64,000 nucleotides of DNA from contig OZ243956.1 in assembly GCA_965214405.1 (NCBI GenBank), forward strand, positions 2,400,001 through 2,464,000. The letters run 5' to 3'. The notes under the pieces are model-generated. The model did not search any database, was not told the DNA's origin, and was given only the letters and a program-made list of their open reading frames with translations. How positions within the stretch are numbered: position 1 is the first letter of the stretch; each line of letters starts with the position of its first letter. The stretch comes from Trueperaceae bacterium (GTDB lineage Bacteria; Deinococcota; Deinococci; Deinococcales; Trueperaceae). Made by a program: the position numbers and the translations under genes. This document shows positions 30,392 through 41,299 of the stretch, in pieces.

Positions 30392-32130
30392 CCGACATTC
30401 CGCACGTCCCCTTCCAGTTTCAGGAATAAAAAGTTTCGTAGCGAGGGCCGAGAAGCGCGAGTAAACGCCGGTGGTGCTCTTTGAGGTTAAGAACAAGCTG
30501 TTGCTGGGCGTCGATAACGAGCAGGTGAACACCCACAAAGCAGTGGAACACCCACCTTGCCGTAGGTGTCTGGGTAGCTTTGCCCTTCTGGTCGGGAAAG
30601 TTCTGCCGCTCTTGTTCGAGACGCTGCCGGATGCGGTGCTGTAAGGCGGCGTAGACCAGCAGACAAAGGGTCATCACCATCATGAGCGCCATGATTCTCT
30701 TGGGACTCTTGAGAAAGAGCGAGGATGCCAGAAACAGCGGGTCTTTGAGGAATCTGAAGCCGCGCTCCACCAAGGCTTGCCCTTGATAGCCTGCTAAGAC
30801 TTCAGCGTCGGGTAAAGCGTCCTCGTCAAGTTCGTTCGTCGCCAGGATGAAGCAGCTCTCGCGGACGAGGCGTTCATCTCGTAGGGCTAAGGGCGTCGCC
30901 AGACACCCCTCGATACGGTAGCTAACGTGTGAGGGCACGGCGTCTTTAGCAGGCCGACCGGGCTTGTGGTAGTGAGGAACGTTGTTGATGCTACTCGTGC
31001 TGAGCGTGCAGACTTTGAGCTTTTTGCCCAACGTTTCAAGTGCTCTAAGTGCATCCTCACGGCAGGCGAACGTCTCTTGGCTGAGCTTGGAAAGCGCTTT
31101 GACCTCGGCTTCGCTCTGCTTGGAGAGCGCTTTATGCACCCCCTTTTGCGCGCGCTCTCTGGCCGCTTTGGAGTAGATGACGAGCCAGCGTTGCGGCACC
31201 CCGGCGTACTCGCTCGGCAAAGTCTGATAGGCGTAGCCCTCTGCTAAAGGTGTTAGCTCCTCCACCTTCACCCCGGAGAGGGCCGCATTCGCTTCTGTCA
31301 GGGTGTGGGGCACGCGGCTTATCCACTTAATCCCGCTTTGCGCAAGGGCCTTTAAGCTCTCCTGGTTGTACAAGGCACTATCGGTCACCAGGTAAGGGAG
31401 CTTGTGCGCCTCCTGAAGCTGCTGTACATGCTCTGTTACGACGCCTCGGAAGTTCACGGCGTCGCTCTCGTTGCCGCTTAGCGCTTTCATTAACAAGGGG
31501 ATACCCGCCTGATGCTCGACTATCAGGTCCAGCACGACCTGGTTCAAGTCGGGGCGGTGGTCGCGGCTGTAGCCCTTGGTGATGTGAATCACCCCCTCCT
31601 CGCCGGGAGGCGCGTCGCTGTTGTACGGGCCATCAACGTGGAAGCTGCTGCTGTCTAGGTGCGCGAAGCGCTTAGGATAGTTCCAAGCGTTTAGCGGCCT
31701 CCAAAGCGACGATGCTGTATAACTCGGTCACACCGCGCTCGTACAAGCTACCGAGCGCCCGTCCTAAGACATCGTCGTTGAGATGCTCCGGCAGGATGCC
31801 CCAGCCGATGAGCCTGTCCACCGGTTTGCTCTCGAAAAAGCTGGGGACCAGATAAAGTCGTTGGTTCACGAAGCCTAAACCGTTTAGAACCATCGCTTTC
31901 ACCGCGTCGCCTACCGAGATGATGCGCTTGCCGCACTCCTGCGGAAGGGTGCTGGTCGATCATCACGCCGACTCCCAGCTCATCGAACATGCCCGCGACT
32001 AGCCCCAAATGATCCATGATTTTGCTTTCGTACTGTGCCATGCCTCAAGCTTGGCACAAAACACGTTAAAGCGGCTCCGGCTCTACCTCGTTTTATTCCG
32101 CTTTCGGGTGTTGGACGTGCGGAATGTCGT
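30392..32130 (-). mobile_element. IS1634 family element, degenerate
   Basis: 17-bp IRs CGACATTCCGCACGTCC (30393-30409 / 32113-32129); no target duplication seen. Confidence 0.88.
30420..32041 (-). pseudogene. IS1634 transposase pseudogene
   Basis: DHLGLVAG, LNGLGF, HLNDD.LGR, GYSRDHRPDL, VERGFRFLKDP; frameshift near 31950 and stop at 31672. Confidence 0.9.
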
Positions 32131-32426
32131 AGTAAAGGTTGTGTCAAGTTGTTTGTGTTTTATGATTCTGAGCGCAAACGTATGCTTAATGGAGCATCCG
32201 TACGCAATCTAAAGGTGATGAGAAGCTGCCTTAGAGTTCATCTTATGCAAGCGGTATTCTCGAAAAAGTCGATTTTGCAGATAACTTGACTCAACCTTTC
32301 AGAGTCATTCAGGACTTTTCAAAGGTAGACTGTACGGATGCCACGACACCCCAGCCTCTACATAGCGAGAGCAGATACAAACGTACTTAAGGGCGTAAAT
32401 GGCCCTTCACGAGCGGCTTTCTGCTG

Positions 32427-33056
32427 ATGATTACTATGATTAAGCACCCACCCATCCGGCAGAAATACGTGGCCTACACCAACCAGGGCTTTCTCCTGCG
32501 CGAGGTCAGCACCGCCGCCAGACTCCTTCTACAAGGCGTGTCTCAGGACGAACTGCGTAGGCGCGTACAGCAAGAAGACCTGTTCCAGTTGCCCTCAAAG
32601 TGGAGTCGCAAAACCACGCTGGGGGCTGTTCAACAACGTCTCAGTAGCGCGCCAGCCCCGCTGATGGTGGGGCTGGCTGAAGGAAGCCTCGAGCTGCGGC
32701 AGCTCATCAACCTCTATCTCATCTTGCTCAAGCATCACCTTCTGCGTGACTTTATCGCTGAGGTAATTTTAGAGGAGGTGCGGCGCTTTTCCACCACCTT
32801 GCCGCCCGCCGAGGTGAACGCCTTCTTTGGGCGTAAGCGCGAACAAGTTCAAGACATCGCTGGGTGGAGCGAGGCCACACTAGGCAAATCACGGAGCAAC
32901 ATCATCACCATGTGTTTGCAAGCCGGTCTTCTCACTAAAGCTTCCGGTGGCCTCGCTATCCAACCTCAGGTTGTACCCAGCACCCTACGTGACGAACTCG
33001 TCCGAGCGGGCCGCGGGGAATTCTTGGCGCTTTTGCTCGACCGCAACGCGCTCTAG
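32427..33056 (+). CDS. brxA: BREX BrxA (DUF1819)
   Basis: Size, WSEATLGK motif, first gene before brxB-brxC-pglX. Confidence 0.85.
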   Translation: MITMIKHPPIRQKYVAYTNQGFLLREVSTAARLLLQGVSQDELRRRVQQEDLFQLPSKWSRKTTLGAVQQRLSSAPAPLMVGLAEGSLELRQLINLYLILLKHHLLRDFIAEVILEEVRRFSTTLPPAEVNAFFGRKREQVQDIAGWSEATLGKSRSNIITMCLQAGLLTKASGGLAIQPQVVPSTLRDELVRAGRGEFLALLLDRNAL

Positions 33057-33068
33057 GTGTTGATCTAG

Positions 33069-33656
33069 GTGTCACGCGAGATTTTTGGTAGACGCTTGGA
33101 GGGGCTTTTTGTTACGCTGTCCGACAAGGAATTTTTGAGCAACCGTGGCATTGGGAACGAGGTCGGCTTTTACATCTTCGCGTACGCTCCAGAGTTCGAG
33201 CCTGTCGTTGGGGGTTTCGTCCCAAAACTTAAGGGCCGCTTGGCAGGCGCGGGCGTAAAGGTAGTCAACCTTAACCTTTACGAGCTGACCCTCGAGCTTT
33301 TGAGCGCGCGCGACCTTTTGCAGCAGGCTTTTGAACTAGAAGAAAAGAAGGGGTCGGCAGGTTTGGAAAAGGCGCTCAAAAAGATTGTCAGACCGGAGCG
33401 AATCACCGAGCTTATCGAGACGCGACTCGGCGAGCCTCACGACCTGGTATTCATCACGGGTGTCGGGGCAGCCTACCCCCTCTTACGCTCGCACACGGTG
33501 CTCAACAACCTACATCCGGTTATTGACAAGGTGCCGGTGGTCATGTTTTTCCCCGGCTCATACACCGGGCAAGAGCTCAGGCTGTTTGACGAACTCAAGG
33601 ACGACAATTACTATAGAGCGTTCCCCCTGCTACAGGAGATGGTGAGGAAAGCGTGA
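33069..33656 (+). CDS. brxB: BREX BrxB (DUF1788)
   Basis: GIGNEVGFYIF, RSHTVLNNL, FFPGSY.G..L.LF, DNYYRAF. Confidence 0.93.
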   Translation: MSREIFGRRLEGLFVTLSDKEFLSNRGIGNEVGFYIFAYAPEFEPVVGGFVPKLKGRLAGAGVKVVNLNLYELTLELLSARDLLQQAFELEEKKGSAGLEKALKKIVRPERITELIETRLGEPHDLVFITGVGAAYPLLRSHTVLNNLHPVIDKVPVVMFFPGSYTGQELRLFDELKDDNYYRAFPLLQEMVRKA

Positions 33657-36600
33657 ACATCTTTGCAAAAGACATCGAGCGCAACATCAACGGCGTCATC
33701 AAGGTGGGGCAATTCTCTGACGCCACCATCACCGAGGAGCTAAGCGAATACATCGTCACGCATGAGCTGAGAAGCTATTTCGACGCGTTCTACCGGCGAT
33801 ACGTGGACGCCCTTACCACCCCGACAGACAAAGTAGGCGTGTGGATTTCGGGCTTTTTTGGTTCCGGCAAGTCGCACTTCCTCAAAATCCTGTCGTACCT
33901 GCTCGACAACAAGGAAGCGTCGGGCAAAAAAGCGCTCGCCTATTTTGAAGGGGCCGTTAAAGACCCCCTACTGTACGCGGCCATGCAGCGCGCTGGCGAG
34001 GTCAGTAAGGACGTTATTTTATTCAACATCGACTCGAAGGCCGATGTAACCAGCAAGGCGCGCAAAGAGGGCATCGTCGAAGTGTTCATGAAGGTTTTTA
34101 ACGAACACCGAGGCTATTTTGGCACCGCGCCGGAGGTCGCTGATTTCGAGCGCCGTTTGGACAAAGACGGCTCCTACGCGGCGTTCAAAGCGGCTTACGA
34201 AAAAGCTTCCGGCAAGGCTTGGGAACAAGACCGGGAGAACTGGGACTTCCGCGAAGATGAGGTGGTCGCCGCTTTACAGGGAGGGCTGTGTCTCAGTGAG
34301 GAAGCCGCCAGGGGCGCGTTCGAGCGTATTGGGGAGTCATACCATATCAGCGTCGAGGGGTTTGCAAGGACCGTCAGAGCATACTTAGAGGGCAAGCCCA
34401 AGGGTCATCAAGTCGTTTTTATGGTGGACGAGGTCGGGCAATACGTCGGCGAGAACTCCGACCTGATGCTCAACTTACAGACCGTGGTTGAGGACTTGGG
34501 CACCTTTTGCGAGGGGCGAGTTTGGGTGATGGTCACCTCGCAAGAAGGTATCGACATCATTACCGAAGACCGCGTAAAGGGCAACGACTTCTCAAAAATT
34601 CAAGGGCGCTTCGCAACGCGCCTCAATTTATCGTCGGCGAACACCGATGAGGTCATCAAGCTGCGCCTACTGGAAAAAACGGCAGACGCAGCGGACGCAC
34701 TTAGAGCACTCTACGCCACCAAGGAGCAAGTCCTCAAGAACCAAATCAGGTTCAGTAGTGGCACGGCAGACATGCCAGGCTTTGGTAGCGCCGAAGAGTT
34801 CGTCAAGAGCTATCCCTTTGTGCCGTACCAATTCAAACTCTTGCAGAGCGTTTTTACGCAGGTCCGGCTGCACGGCGCGTCGGGCAAACACCTATCGCAG
34901 GGGGAACGCTCAATGCTCAACGCGTTTCAGCTTGCCGCACAGCGCGCTAAAGACGGTGAGCTAGGCACTCTAGTGCCTTTCGGGGCGTTTTACCCAGCCG
35001 TTGAGAGATTCTTGGACGCCCCCATAAAACTGGTTATCACGCAGGCGGCGGCTAACAGCCGACTGGAGCATCCCTTTGATGAGCAGCTCCTGTCGGTGCT
35101 CTTTATGATCAAGTACGTCAAGGAAATTAAGGGCACCGCCGAGAACCTCACGTCCCTCGCCCTGAGCCACATCGACGAGGACCGCCCCGCGCTCCAGAAA
35201 AGGGTTGAGGGGGCGCTAGGGCGCTTGGAGCGGGAGACCCTCGTCCAACGTAGCGGCGACGCGTTCGAATTTTTGACCAACGAGGAGCAGGACGTAGGCC
35301 GGGAGATCAAAAACTTCACCATCAACCCCGGTGAGGTGAGAAACGAACTACAAAAAATCGTGTGGGAAGAGCTTTTTACCGTTAAAAAGTACCGCCTGGA
35401 CGCCCGGCACGACTACCCCTTCAACCGTAAGCTCGACGAACAGACCTACGGCAGCCAAACGGACGATATGACGCTGCATATCGTCACGCCGGAGGGCGAC
35501 ACTTATCGTGAATACATAGATGACGCCAACGCCCTCCTGCGCTCTGGCAGCAATGTGGTGCTCGTGCGCCTGCCGGACGACCTCACGCCCTTCGAGGAGT
35601 TACGGTTGTACGTCAAGACGGACCGCTACGTTAAGCAGAAACACAGCGAGGGCCTAAGCTCCTCCGTTCGCACCATCCTACAAACCAGGGCCGATGAAAA
35701 CCGCGAACGGCGCGCCCGCGTCGTCACCGCCACTGGGCAGCTCATCACACAGGCGGCGGTGTTCGTGCGCGGCGCGAAGGTACCCGCTACCGGATCGTCC
35801 GCGCGGGATGTGCTGACGGCGGGTCTTAAGGAACTTGTCGAGACAACCTACACGAAACTTCAGTACGTCAAAAGAACCTACGAAACAAGCGACATCGAAG
35901 GGATGTTGCGTGAGGGCGCGGGCGCAGTGCAGCCGGACATGGACGGTGAGATGCCCAACAGCCTCGCGCAGAGCGAAATGCTCCACTGGCTCACCGAACG
36001 GCGGGGCCGCCATGAAACCGTAACGCTGCGCGCTTTAGAAGCGCACTTTAGCGTCACCCCCTATGGCTGGGCCAGGCGCGACGTTCAGGGTGTACTCGCC
36101 GAGCTGCTGCTGCAAGGTAAGGTGGAACTCCGGCACGCTCAGGGGACGGTCAACCTTAACGAACCCGATCTGGTGCAGAAGATGGGGCTCAAATCGGGTC
36201 TCGACACCTACACCGTGCGCGTACCAAGGGGCGTCAATCCCGAGGCACTGCGCCTTGCCCGCGAACTTGCCCAGAAGTGTCTCAGTAAGCCCGTCCCTGC
36301 GTCAGAGCCCCAGGCGCTCTACGCCGAGTACGAGAGCGTGCTCGAGAAGCGCGCCGCCGACACCGACCGCTACTTGACCATCGCGCGAGAGGGCAACTAC
36401 CCCTTCCAGAGCACCTTAGCCGCCCACCAGACGCTCCTGAAAAAGCTGAGGCAACCCCGCGAAGCGGCGGCCTTTTTCGAAACCCTGCGGGAGCTTGCGG
36501 AGGACTTTGAGGACTTCGCTATCCAGAGCGAGCCCATCGAGTCGTTTTTCGGGGGCCAGCGTGACGCCTTTGACCGGGCGAGAGCACGCCTGCGGGCTCT

Positions 36601-37153
36601 GGAGCCGGAGCTCCCCTACCTAAGAGACGACGAGCTGACCGCTAAGGTGGAACGCGCGGGCGCGATCCTCAAAAAAGACGACCCCACCAAGGACATCCCC
36701 GAACTCGCGCTCCTGCTCTCCCCCGTCGAGACGCACCTTAACGAACTGCGCGAAAAGAGGCGGCAAGAGGCGCTGCACGCGTGGGGGCGGGCGTGCAATG
36801 ATGTGTCGGCCTACGCCAAGGAGCAGGGGGCAGAGGATGTGTCGCCATTTATGCAACCCCTCACAGCCCTCAAGGACGAGATCGCGGCGGCACCGAGCAT
36901 CGACGCGGTGCTGGCGCGCAAAAATTACATCGAAGAAGCTCGCAAGGGGGTCCGCGAACGGATTATCGAACACCTCAACGCGCAGGCGCGAGAGAGCGCC
37001 ACGCCCGTCAAAACAATCGTCACCTTTCGGCCCGCCACCCACACCAGCAAGAGCGTCTTGGACAGCGAGGCCGATGTAGAAACCTACGTGCAGCGCCTGA
37101 GAACCGCGCTCTTGGACGAACTGAGCGCCGGGCACCGGGTTAGCATCGAGTGA
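33653..37153 (+). CDS. brxC: BREX P-loop ATPase BrxC
   Basis: IERNINGVIKVGQ, WISGFFGSGKSHFLK, VDEVGQY, FSKIQGRF. Confidence 0.95.
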   Translation: MNIFAKDIERNINGVIKVGQFSDATITEELSEYIVTHELRSYFDAFYRRYVDALTTPTDKVGVWISGFFGSGKSHFLKILSYLLDNKEASGKKALAYFEGAVKDPLLYAAMQRAGEVSKDVILFNIDSKADVTSKARKEGIVEVFMKVFNEHRGYFGTAPEVADFERRLDKDGSYAAFKAAYEKASGKAWEQDRENWDFREDEVVAALQGGLCLSEEAARGAFERIGESYHISVEGFARTVRAYLEGKPKGHQVVFMVDEVGQYVGENSDLMLNLQTVVEDLGTFCEGRVWVMVTSQEGIDIITEDRVKGNDFSKIQGRFATRLNLSSANTDEVIKLRLLEKTADAADALRALYATKEQVLKNQIRFSSGTADMPGFGSAEEFVKSYPFVPYQFKLLQSVFTQVRLHGASGKHLSQGERSMLNAFQLAAQRAKDGELGTLVPFGAFYPAVERFLDAPIKLVITQAAANSRLEHPFDEQLLSVLFMIKYVKEIKGTAENLTSLALSHIDEDRPALQKRVEGALGRLERETLVQRSGDAFEFLTNEEQDVGREIKNFTINPGEVRNELQKIVWEELFTVKKYRLDARHDYPFNRKLDEQTYGSQTDDMTLHIVTPEGDTYREYIDDANALLRSGSNVVLVRLPDDLTPFEELRLYVKTDRYVKQKHSEGLSSSVRTILQTRADENRERRARVVTATGQLITQAAVFVRGAKVPATGSSARDVLTAGLKELVETTYTKLQYVKRTYETSDIEGMLREGAGAVQPDMDGEMPNSLAQSEMLHWLTERRGRHETVTLRALEAHFSVTPYGWARRDVQGVLAELLLQGKVELRHAQGTVNLNEPDLVQKMGLKSGLDTYTVRVPRGVNPEALRLARELAQKCLSKPVPASEPQALYAEYESVLEKRAADTDRYLTIAREGNYPFQSTLAAHQTLLKKLRQPREAAAFFETLRELAEDFEDFAIQSEPIESFFGGQRDAFDRARARLRALEPELPYLRDDELTAKVERAGAILKKDDPTKDIPELALLLSPVETHLNELREKRRQEALHAWGRACNDVSAYAKEQGAEDVSPFMQPLTALKDEIAAAPSIDAVLARKNYIEEARKGVRERIIEHLNAQARESATPVKTIVTFRPATHTSKSVLDSEADVETYVQRLRTALLDELSAGHRVSIE

Positions 37154-37214
37154 CCATGACTTCTAACTCTCGACTCTTTGAACGACTCCAAAACCCTTCC
37201 AATGAGGAAAGCGC

Positions 37215-40200
37215 ATGAACCGAAACGCCGTCAAAAAGTTTGCCACCTGGGCGCGTAGCCACCTGCGCGAACAGATGGAGGCCACAGCCTCCCGCTACGG
37301 GCTGACCCGCAAGGGCCTCGAGCCCCCCCAGTTCGTCGCGGGCGGCATGACCGTCGCGGGCTCCACCTATGACGCGCATACCGCCGCGCTCTACCGGGAC
37401 CTCCGCGTTGACTTAGGCGAGAAACGCCGCCGGGGTTTGGGGGCAAAAGAGGCCCTCGAGTCCCTCACCGACGAAATGGCCTACACCTGGTTCAACCGCC
37501 TCACCGCGCTGCGCTATATGGAGGTGAACGGCTACACCGGACGCTCCTTGTCGAGCGAGACCGAGGGCGTGGTGGACCCCGACCTCCTTCGAGACGCCGC
37601 CGCGCTCGTTTCCGGCGGCGAATTTGCGGGCGTGAGCTTGCAAGACCTCGACACCTGGCGCAAAGGCGGCGATGAGGCGGTCTACCGCAACCTGCTCGTT
37701 CACGAGTGCAAAAAGCTCGCCGAGACGTTGCCCTTTTTGTTTGGCGGCAAGCCTTACGCCGCGCTCTTTTTGCCTCACCACCTCCTCAACAAGGGGTCCA
37801 TCGTCCGGCGGCTCGAGCGCGACATCCCCGAGGAGAGCTGGCGAGACATCGAAATCATCGGCTGGCTCTACCAGTTCTATATCTCAGAGCGCAAAGACGA
37901 GGTGATGAAGGCCAAGGGCGCGTACAAAGCCCCGGACATCCCCGCTGCTACGCAGCTCTTTACGCCCCACTGGATTGTGCGCTACATGGTCGAGAACTCC
38001 CTGGGGCGGCTCTGGTTGGAGGCCCACCCGGAGTCCGGGCTGCGGGAGCACATGCCCTATTTTTTGCCCAACGAGGGCGAAGGCGTGGCGGACAAACCGG
38101 ACAAACCCGTCCGCCCCCAAGACCTCACCCTCATGGACCCCGCCTGCGGCAGCGGGCACATCCTGGTTTACGCCTTTGACCTGCTCTTTCTCATCTACAC
38201 CGAAGCGGGCTACGCCGACCGCGACATCCCCGCGCTCATCTTAGAGCACAACCTCTTCGGGCTGGACATCGACGAGCGCGCCGCCCAGCTCGCCTCGTTC
38301 GCGCTGCTCATGAAGGCCCGCGGAAAGAGCCGCCGCGTTTTACGCGACCCGCCTCCCTCAAACGTCACGCACACCCTCCCGACGCGCGGCCTCGCCCTGC
38401 CGAACACGCCCGAACTGAAAGAGGACGACTGGCAGCCCCTCCTCAAGGCTTTCGAGGACGCCGACAACTTAGGCTCCCTCATCACCCCGCCCGCTGTGGA
38501 CTTTGAGCGGTTGGAGGGTCAGTTGGCCGCGTTCGAGGCGAGCGGCAGGCAAGAGGTGAGCGTGGACGCACCCCGCTTGCGGCGACTCATAATGCAAACG
38601 CGGCTACTAACAAGACGCTACAGCGTGGTAGGTGCGAATCCACCGTACATGGGTAGTAAGAGATTCAACAATGTTATTAAAGATTTTGTGACAGCCACCT
38701 ACCCCCGCAGCAAGAGCGACCTTTTCGCGGTGTTTATGGAACGGGCCTTGGAGCTAACCGCGCCGGGGGGCGTCATGGGCATGATTAACCAGCACGCCTG
38801 GATGTTCCTAAGCTCCTACGAGAGCCTGCGCGAACACCTATTGGACCACTACAGCCTAGAAACGATGCTGCACTTGGGGCCGAGGGCGTTTCCTGAAATC
38901 GGCGGCGAGGTGGTGCAGTCCACGACCTTCACGGTGCGCAACGCCGCACCCGAAAGCACCCACGCGACCTTTGCGCGCCTGGTGGACTTTGGCAGTTCCG
39001 AAGAGAAAGAAAGCTTTTTTAACCATCCTAATTATCTTTATGTCATAAAATCGGCAGATTTCAAGGCTTTGCCCAGCAGCATGTTTGGCTACTGGCTCTC
39101 TCCTATAACTCGTAGAGCTTTTGAAGCGAAAAGTTTAGGCGACTTTATATCCGTGCGAAGGGGATTACAAACTGGAAATGCTCAGAGATTTATTCGGCAA
39201 TGGTTTGAAGTTCTAAAAGATTCAACGCATTGGGATAAGGAAGAACGTGATGAGTGTATTGCTTCTTCGCAAACGTGGTTTAGGTTTAATAACGGTGGTG
39301 ATTATAGGCGGTGGTATGGAAATTTTGATTCCGTAGTTGATTGGGCAAGCAATGGTTCAGCAATAAAAGATACTGGAAAAGCAATAATTCCAAGCGAACA
39401 TTTGTACTTTCAGTCCGCTGTTACATGGTCTCGTCTTAGCGGAGGACGTACAGCTTTCAGATTCATGCCCGAAGGTGTCATACCTGGCGATACTGGTCCA
39501 TGTGCTTTTACCGAAAATAAGCTCTCACTATTAGGATACTTAAATTCCAACGTAACGCAGCACTTTTTGAAATTTCTTGTTCCTTCACTAACTTTTTTGA
39601 CTGGAGACATTGAAAAGCTGCCTTATGAGGAAGACTACTTTGCGAATTACAATCTTGCATTACAGAAGATTGTTACTAATACACTAGAACTTTCCCAGAC
39701 AGACTGGGACAACTTCGAAACCTCCTGGGACTTCCGAACTCACCCCCTCCTCCGCCACAACACCCCCCGCCTCTCCACCGCCTTTGAAGCGTGGCGCAGA
39801 ACCGCAGACGAGGCGTTTTGTGAACTCAAGCGGCTCGAGGAGGAGAACAACCGCTACTGGATAGAGGCGTACGGGCTGGGGGACGAACTTTCAAAGGAGG
39901 TGCCGGAGGAGCAAATCACCGTCCGCCGGGCGGATTTGGAGGGGGACGTTAAAAGCCTGCTGAGTTACGCGGTGGGCTGCATGATGGGGCGCTATTCGCT
40001 CTCTCAACCGGGCTTGAGGTTCGCGGGCGGGGGCTTCGACATGTCCGAGTTTGAGGGCTTTTTGCCCGACAAAGACGGCATCTTGCCCGTGACCGACGAG
40101 GCGTATTTCGAGGACGACATCGTGTCGCGCTTTGTGGACTTCTTGAGGGTCGCGTTCGGGCCGGAGCATCTGGGGGAGAATCTGGACTTTGTGGGAGACG

Positions 40201-40742
40201 CACTCTCGCTTAGAGCGGGCGAGGGGGCGGTGGAGCGCATCAGGCGTTACTTCGTCCAAGAGTTTGTGACCGACCACGCGCGCACGTACAACAAAAGGCC
40301 CATCTACTGGCTCTTTACGAGCGGTCCGGAGAACGCCTTTGGGGGGCTCGTGTACCTCCACCGCTATACGCCCGACACGCTGGCGCGGATGCGTAACGAG
40401 TACGTGCTGCCCCTGCAAAGTAAGTTAGAAGCCCAGTTAAGAGACGCCGAGCGGGCGCAGGCGACCCTGTCGGGGTCGGGGTCGGCGGCCAGGGCCGAGG
40501 GGAAGAGAGTAGCGAAGCTTCAAAAGCAGGTGGCGGAGTTGCTGGCGTTTCAAGACAGGCTCCAGCACTACGCTGACAGGCGCATCGCGCTCGACCTTGA
40601 CGACGGTGTGGCCTATAACTACACGCTTTTCGCGGGGGACGAGACCGTGGGCGGTGTGGTGTATGAGGATGGGTATCTCAAGCTGGAGGGGCTTTACAAG
40701 GCGTCGCAGTGGAAAAGGGACCTACTAGCAGAAGCGACGTGA
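37215..40742 (+). CDS. pglX: BREX-1 adenine methyltransferase PglX (BrxX)
   Basis: AYTWFNR, ATQLFTP.WIV.YMVENSLG, DPACGSGH, NPPYMG, KRPIYW, LDLDDGV. Confidence 0.96.
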   Translation: MNRNAVKKFATWARSHLREQMEATASRYGLTRKGLEPPQFVAGGMTVAGSTYDAHTAALYRDLRVDLGEKRRRGLGAKEALESLTDEMAYTWFNRLTALRYMEVNGYTGRSLSSETEGVVDPDLLRDAAALVSGGEFAGVSLQDLDTWRKGGDEAVYRNLLVHECKKLAETLPFLFGGKPYAALFLPHHLLNKGSIVRRLERDIPEESWRDIEIIGWLYQFYISERKDEVMKAKGAYKAPDIPAATQLFTPHWIVRYMVENSLGRLWLEAHPESGLREHMPYFLPNEGEGVADKPDKPVRPQDLTLMDPACGSGHILVYAFDLLFLIYTEAGYADRDIPALILEHNLFGLDIDERAAQLASFALLMKARGKSRRVLRDPPPSNVTHTLPTRGLALPNTPELKEDDWQPLLKAFEDADNLGSLITPPAVDFERLEGQLAAFEASGRQEVSVDAPRLRRLIMQTRLLTRRYSVVGANPPYMGSKRFNNVIKDFVTATYPRSKSDLFAVFMERALELTAPGGVMGMINQHAWMFLSSYESLREHLLDHYSLETMLHLGPRAFPEIGGEVVQSTTFTVRNAAPESTHATFARLVDFGSSEEKESFFNHPNYLYVIKSADFKALPSSMFGYWLSPITRRAFEAKSLGDFISVRRGLQTGNAQRFIRQWFEVLKDSTHWDKEERDECIASSQTWFRFNNGGDYRRWYGNFDSVVDWASNGSAIKDTGKAIIPSEHLYFQSAVTWSRLSGGRTAFRFMPEGVIPGDTGPCAFTENKLSLLGYLNSNVTQHFLKFLVPSLTFLTGDIEKLPYEEDYFANYNLALQKIVTNTLELSQTDWDNFETSWDFRTHPLLRHNTPRLSTAFEAWRRTADEAFCELKRLEEENNRYWIEAYGLGDELSKEVPEEQITVRRADLEGDVKSLLSYAVGCMMGRYSLSQPGLRFAGGGFDMSEFEGFLPDKDGILPVTDEAYFEDDIVSRFVDFLRVAFGPEHLGENLDFVGDALSLRAGEGAVERIRRYFVQEFVTDHARTYNKRPIYWLFTSGPENAFGGLVYLHRYTPDTLARMRNEYVLPLQSKLEAQLRDAERAQATLSGSGSAARAEGKRVAKLQKQVAELLAFQDRLQHYADRRIALDLDDGVAYNYTLFAGDETVGGVVYEDGYLKLEGLYKASQWKRDLLAEAT

Positions 40743-40801
40743 TATTTGCATACAAATGCGGTTTCGCGCATTCCGGAATGTGGAATGCTATTATACAAGG
40801 T

Positions 40802-41299
40802 GTGTTACAGCCGCTCGACCTACTTGTCGCTTTGAAGCTTGTGGTTTGGCACGAGCAAAGCTCGAGCTTCGAAGCACTAGCTAAGGAGCTCCATATAAGT
40901 GCGTCAAGCGCCTACCGGTCGTTTGAACGTGCCTTCCAAGCGGGGTTGGTTACAACGGATCGGACACCAAGGAAGGCGGCCATTTTGGAGTTCGTCATAC
41001 ACGGGGTCCGGTATGTTTATTACGTTAAGCCGGGTGAGATGACCAGAGGGATGCCGACCGCTCACGCCGCGCCACCCCTCAACCAATTGATAAGACAGGG
41101 CAGCGACGTGTACGTTTGGCCCGACCCGCAGGGCAGCGTCCGGGGGCAAGCCGTGGAACCGCTACACCAAGAAGTCCCCAGAACGGCGCAGCGTGACCTC
41201 CAACTTTACGAGCTTTTGGCCTTGGTAGACGCTATCCGCATCGGCAGAGCGAGGGAACGTAGCTTGGCCGAAGAAGAACTGCGTAAGCGCTTAGGGTGA
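40802..41299 (+). CDS. HTH protein, putative type IV (AbiEi-like) antitoxin
   Basis: N-terminal HTH (LAKELHISASSAYRS), RGMPTAHAAPPL; GTGA-coupled to a nucleotidyltransferase; palindrome CATTCCGGAATG at 40769-40780 upstream. Confidence 0.65.
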   Translation: MLQPLDLLVALKLVVWHEQSSSFEALAKELHISASSAYRSFERAFQAGLVTTDRTPRKAAILEFVIHGVRYVYYVKPGEMTRGMPTAHAAPPLNQLIRQGSDVYVWPDPQGSVRGQAVEPLHQEVPRTAQRDLQLYELLALVDAIRIGRARERSLAEEELRKRLG

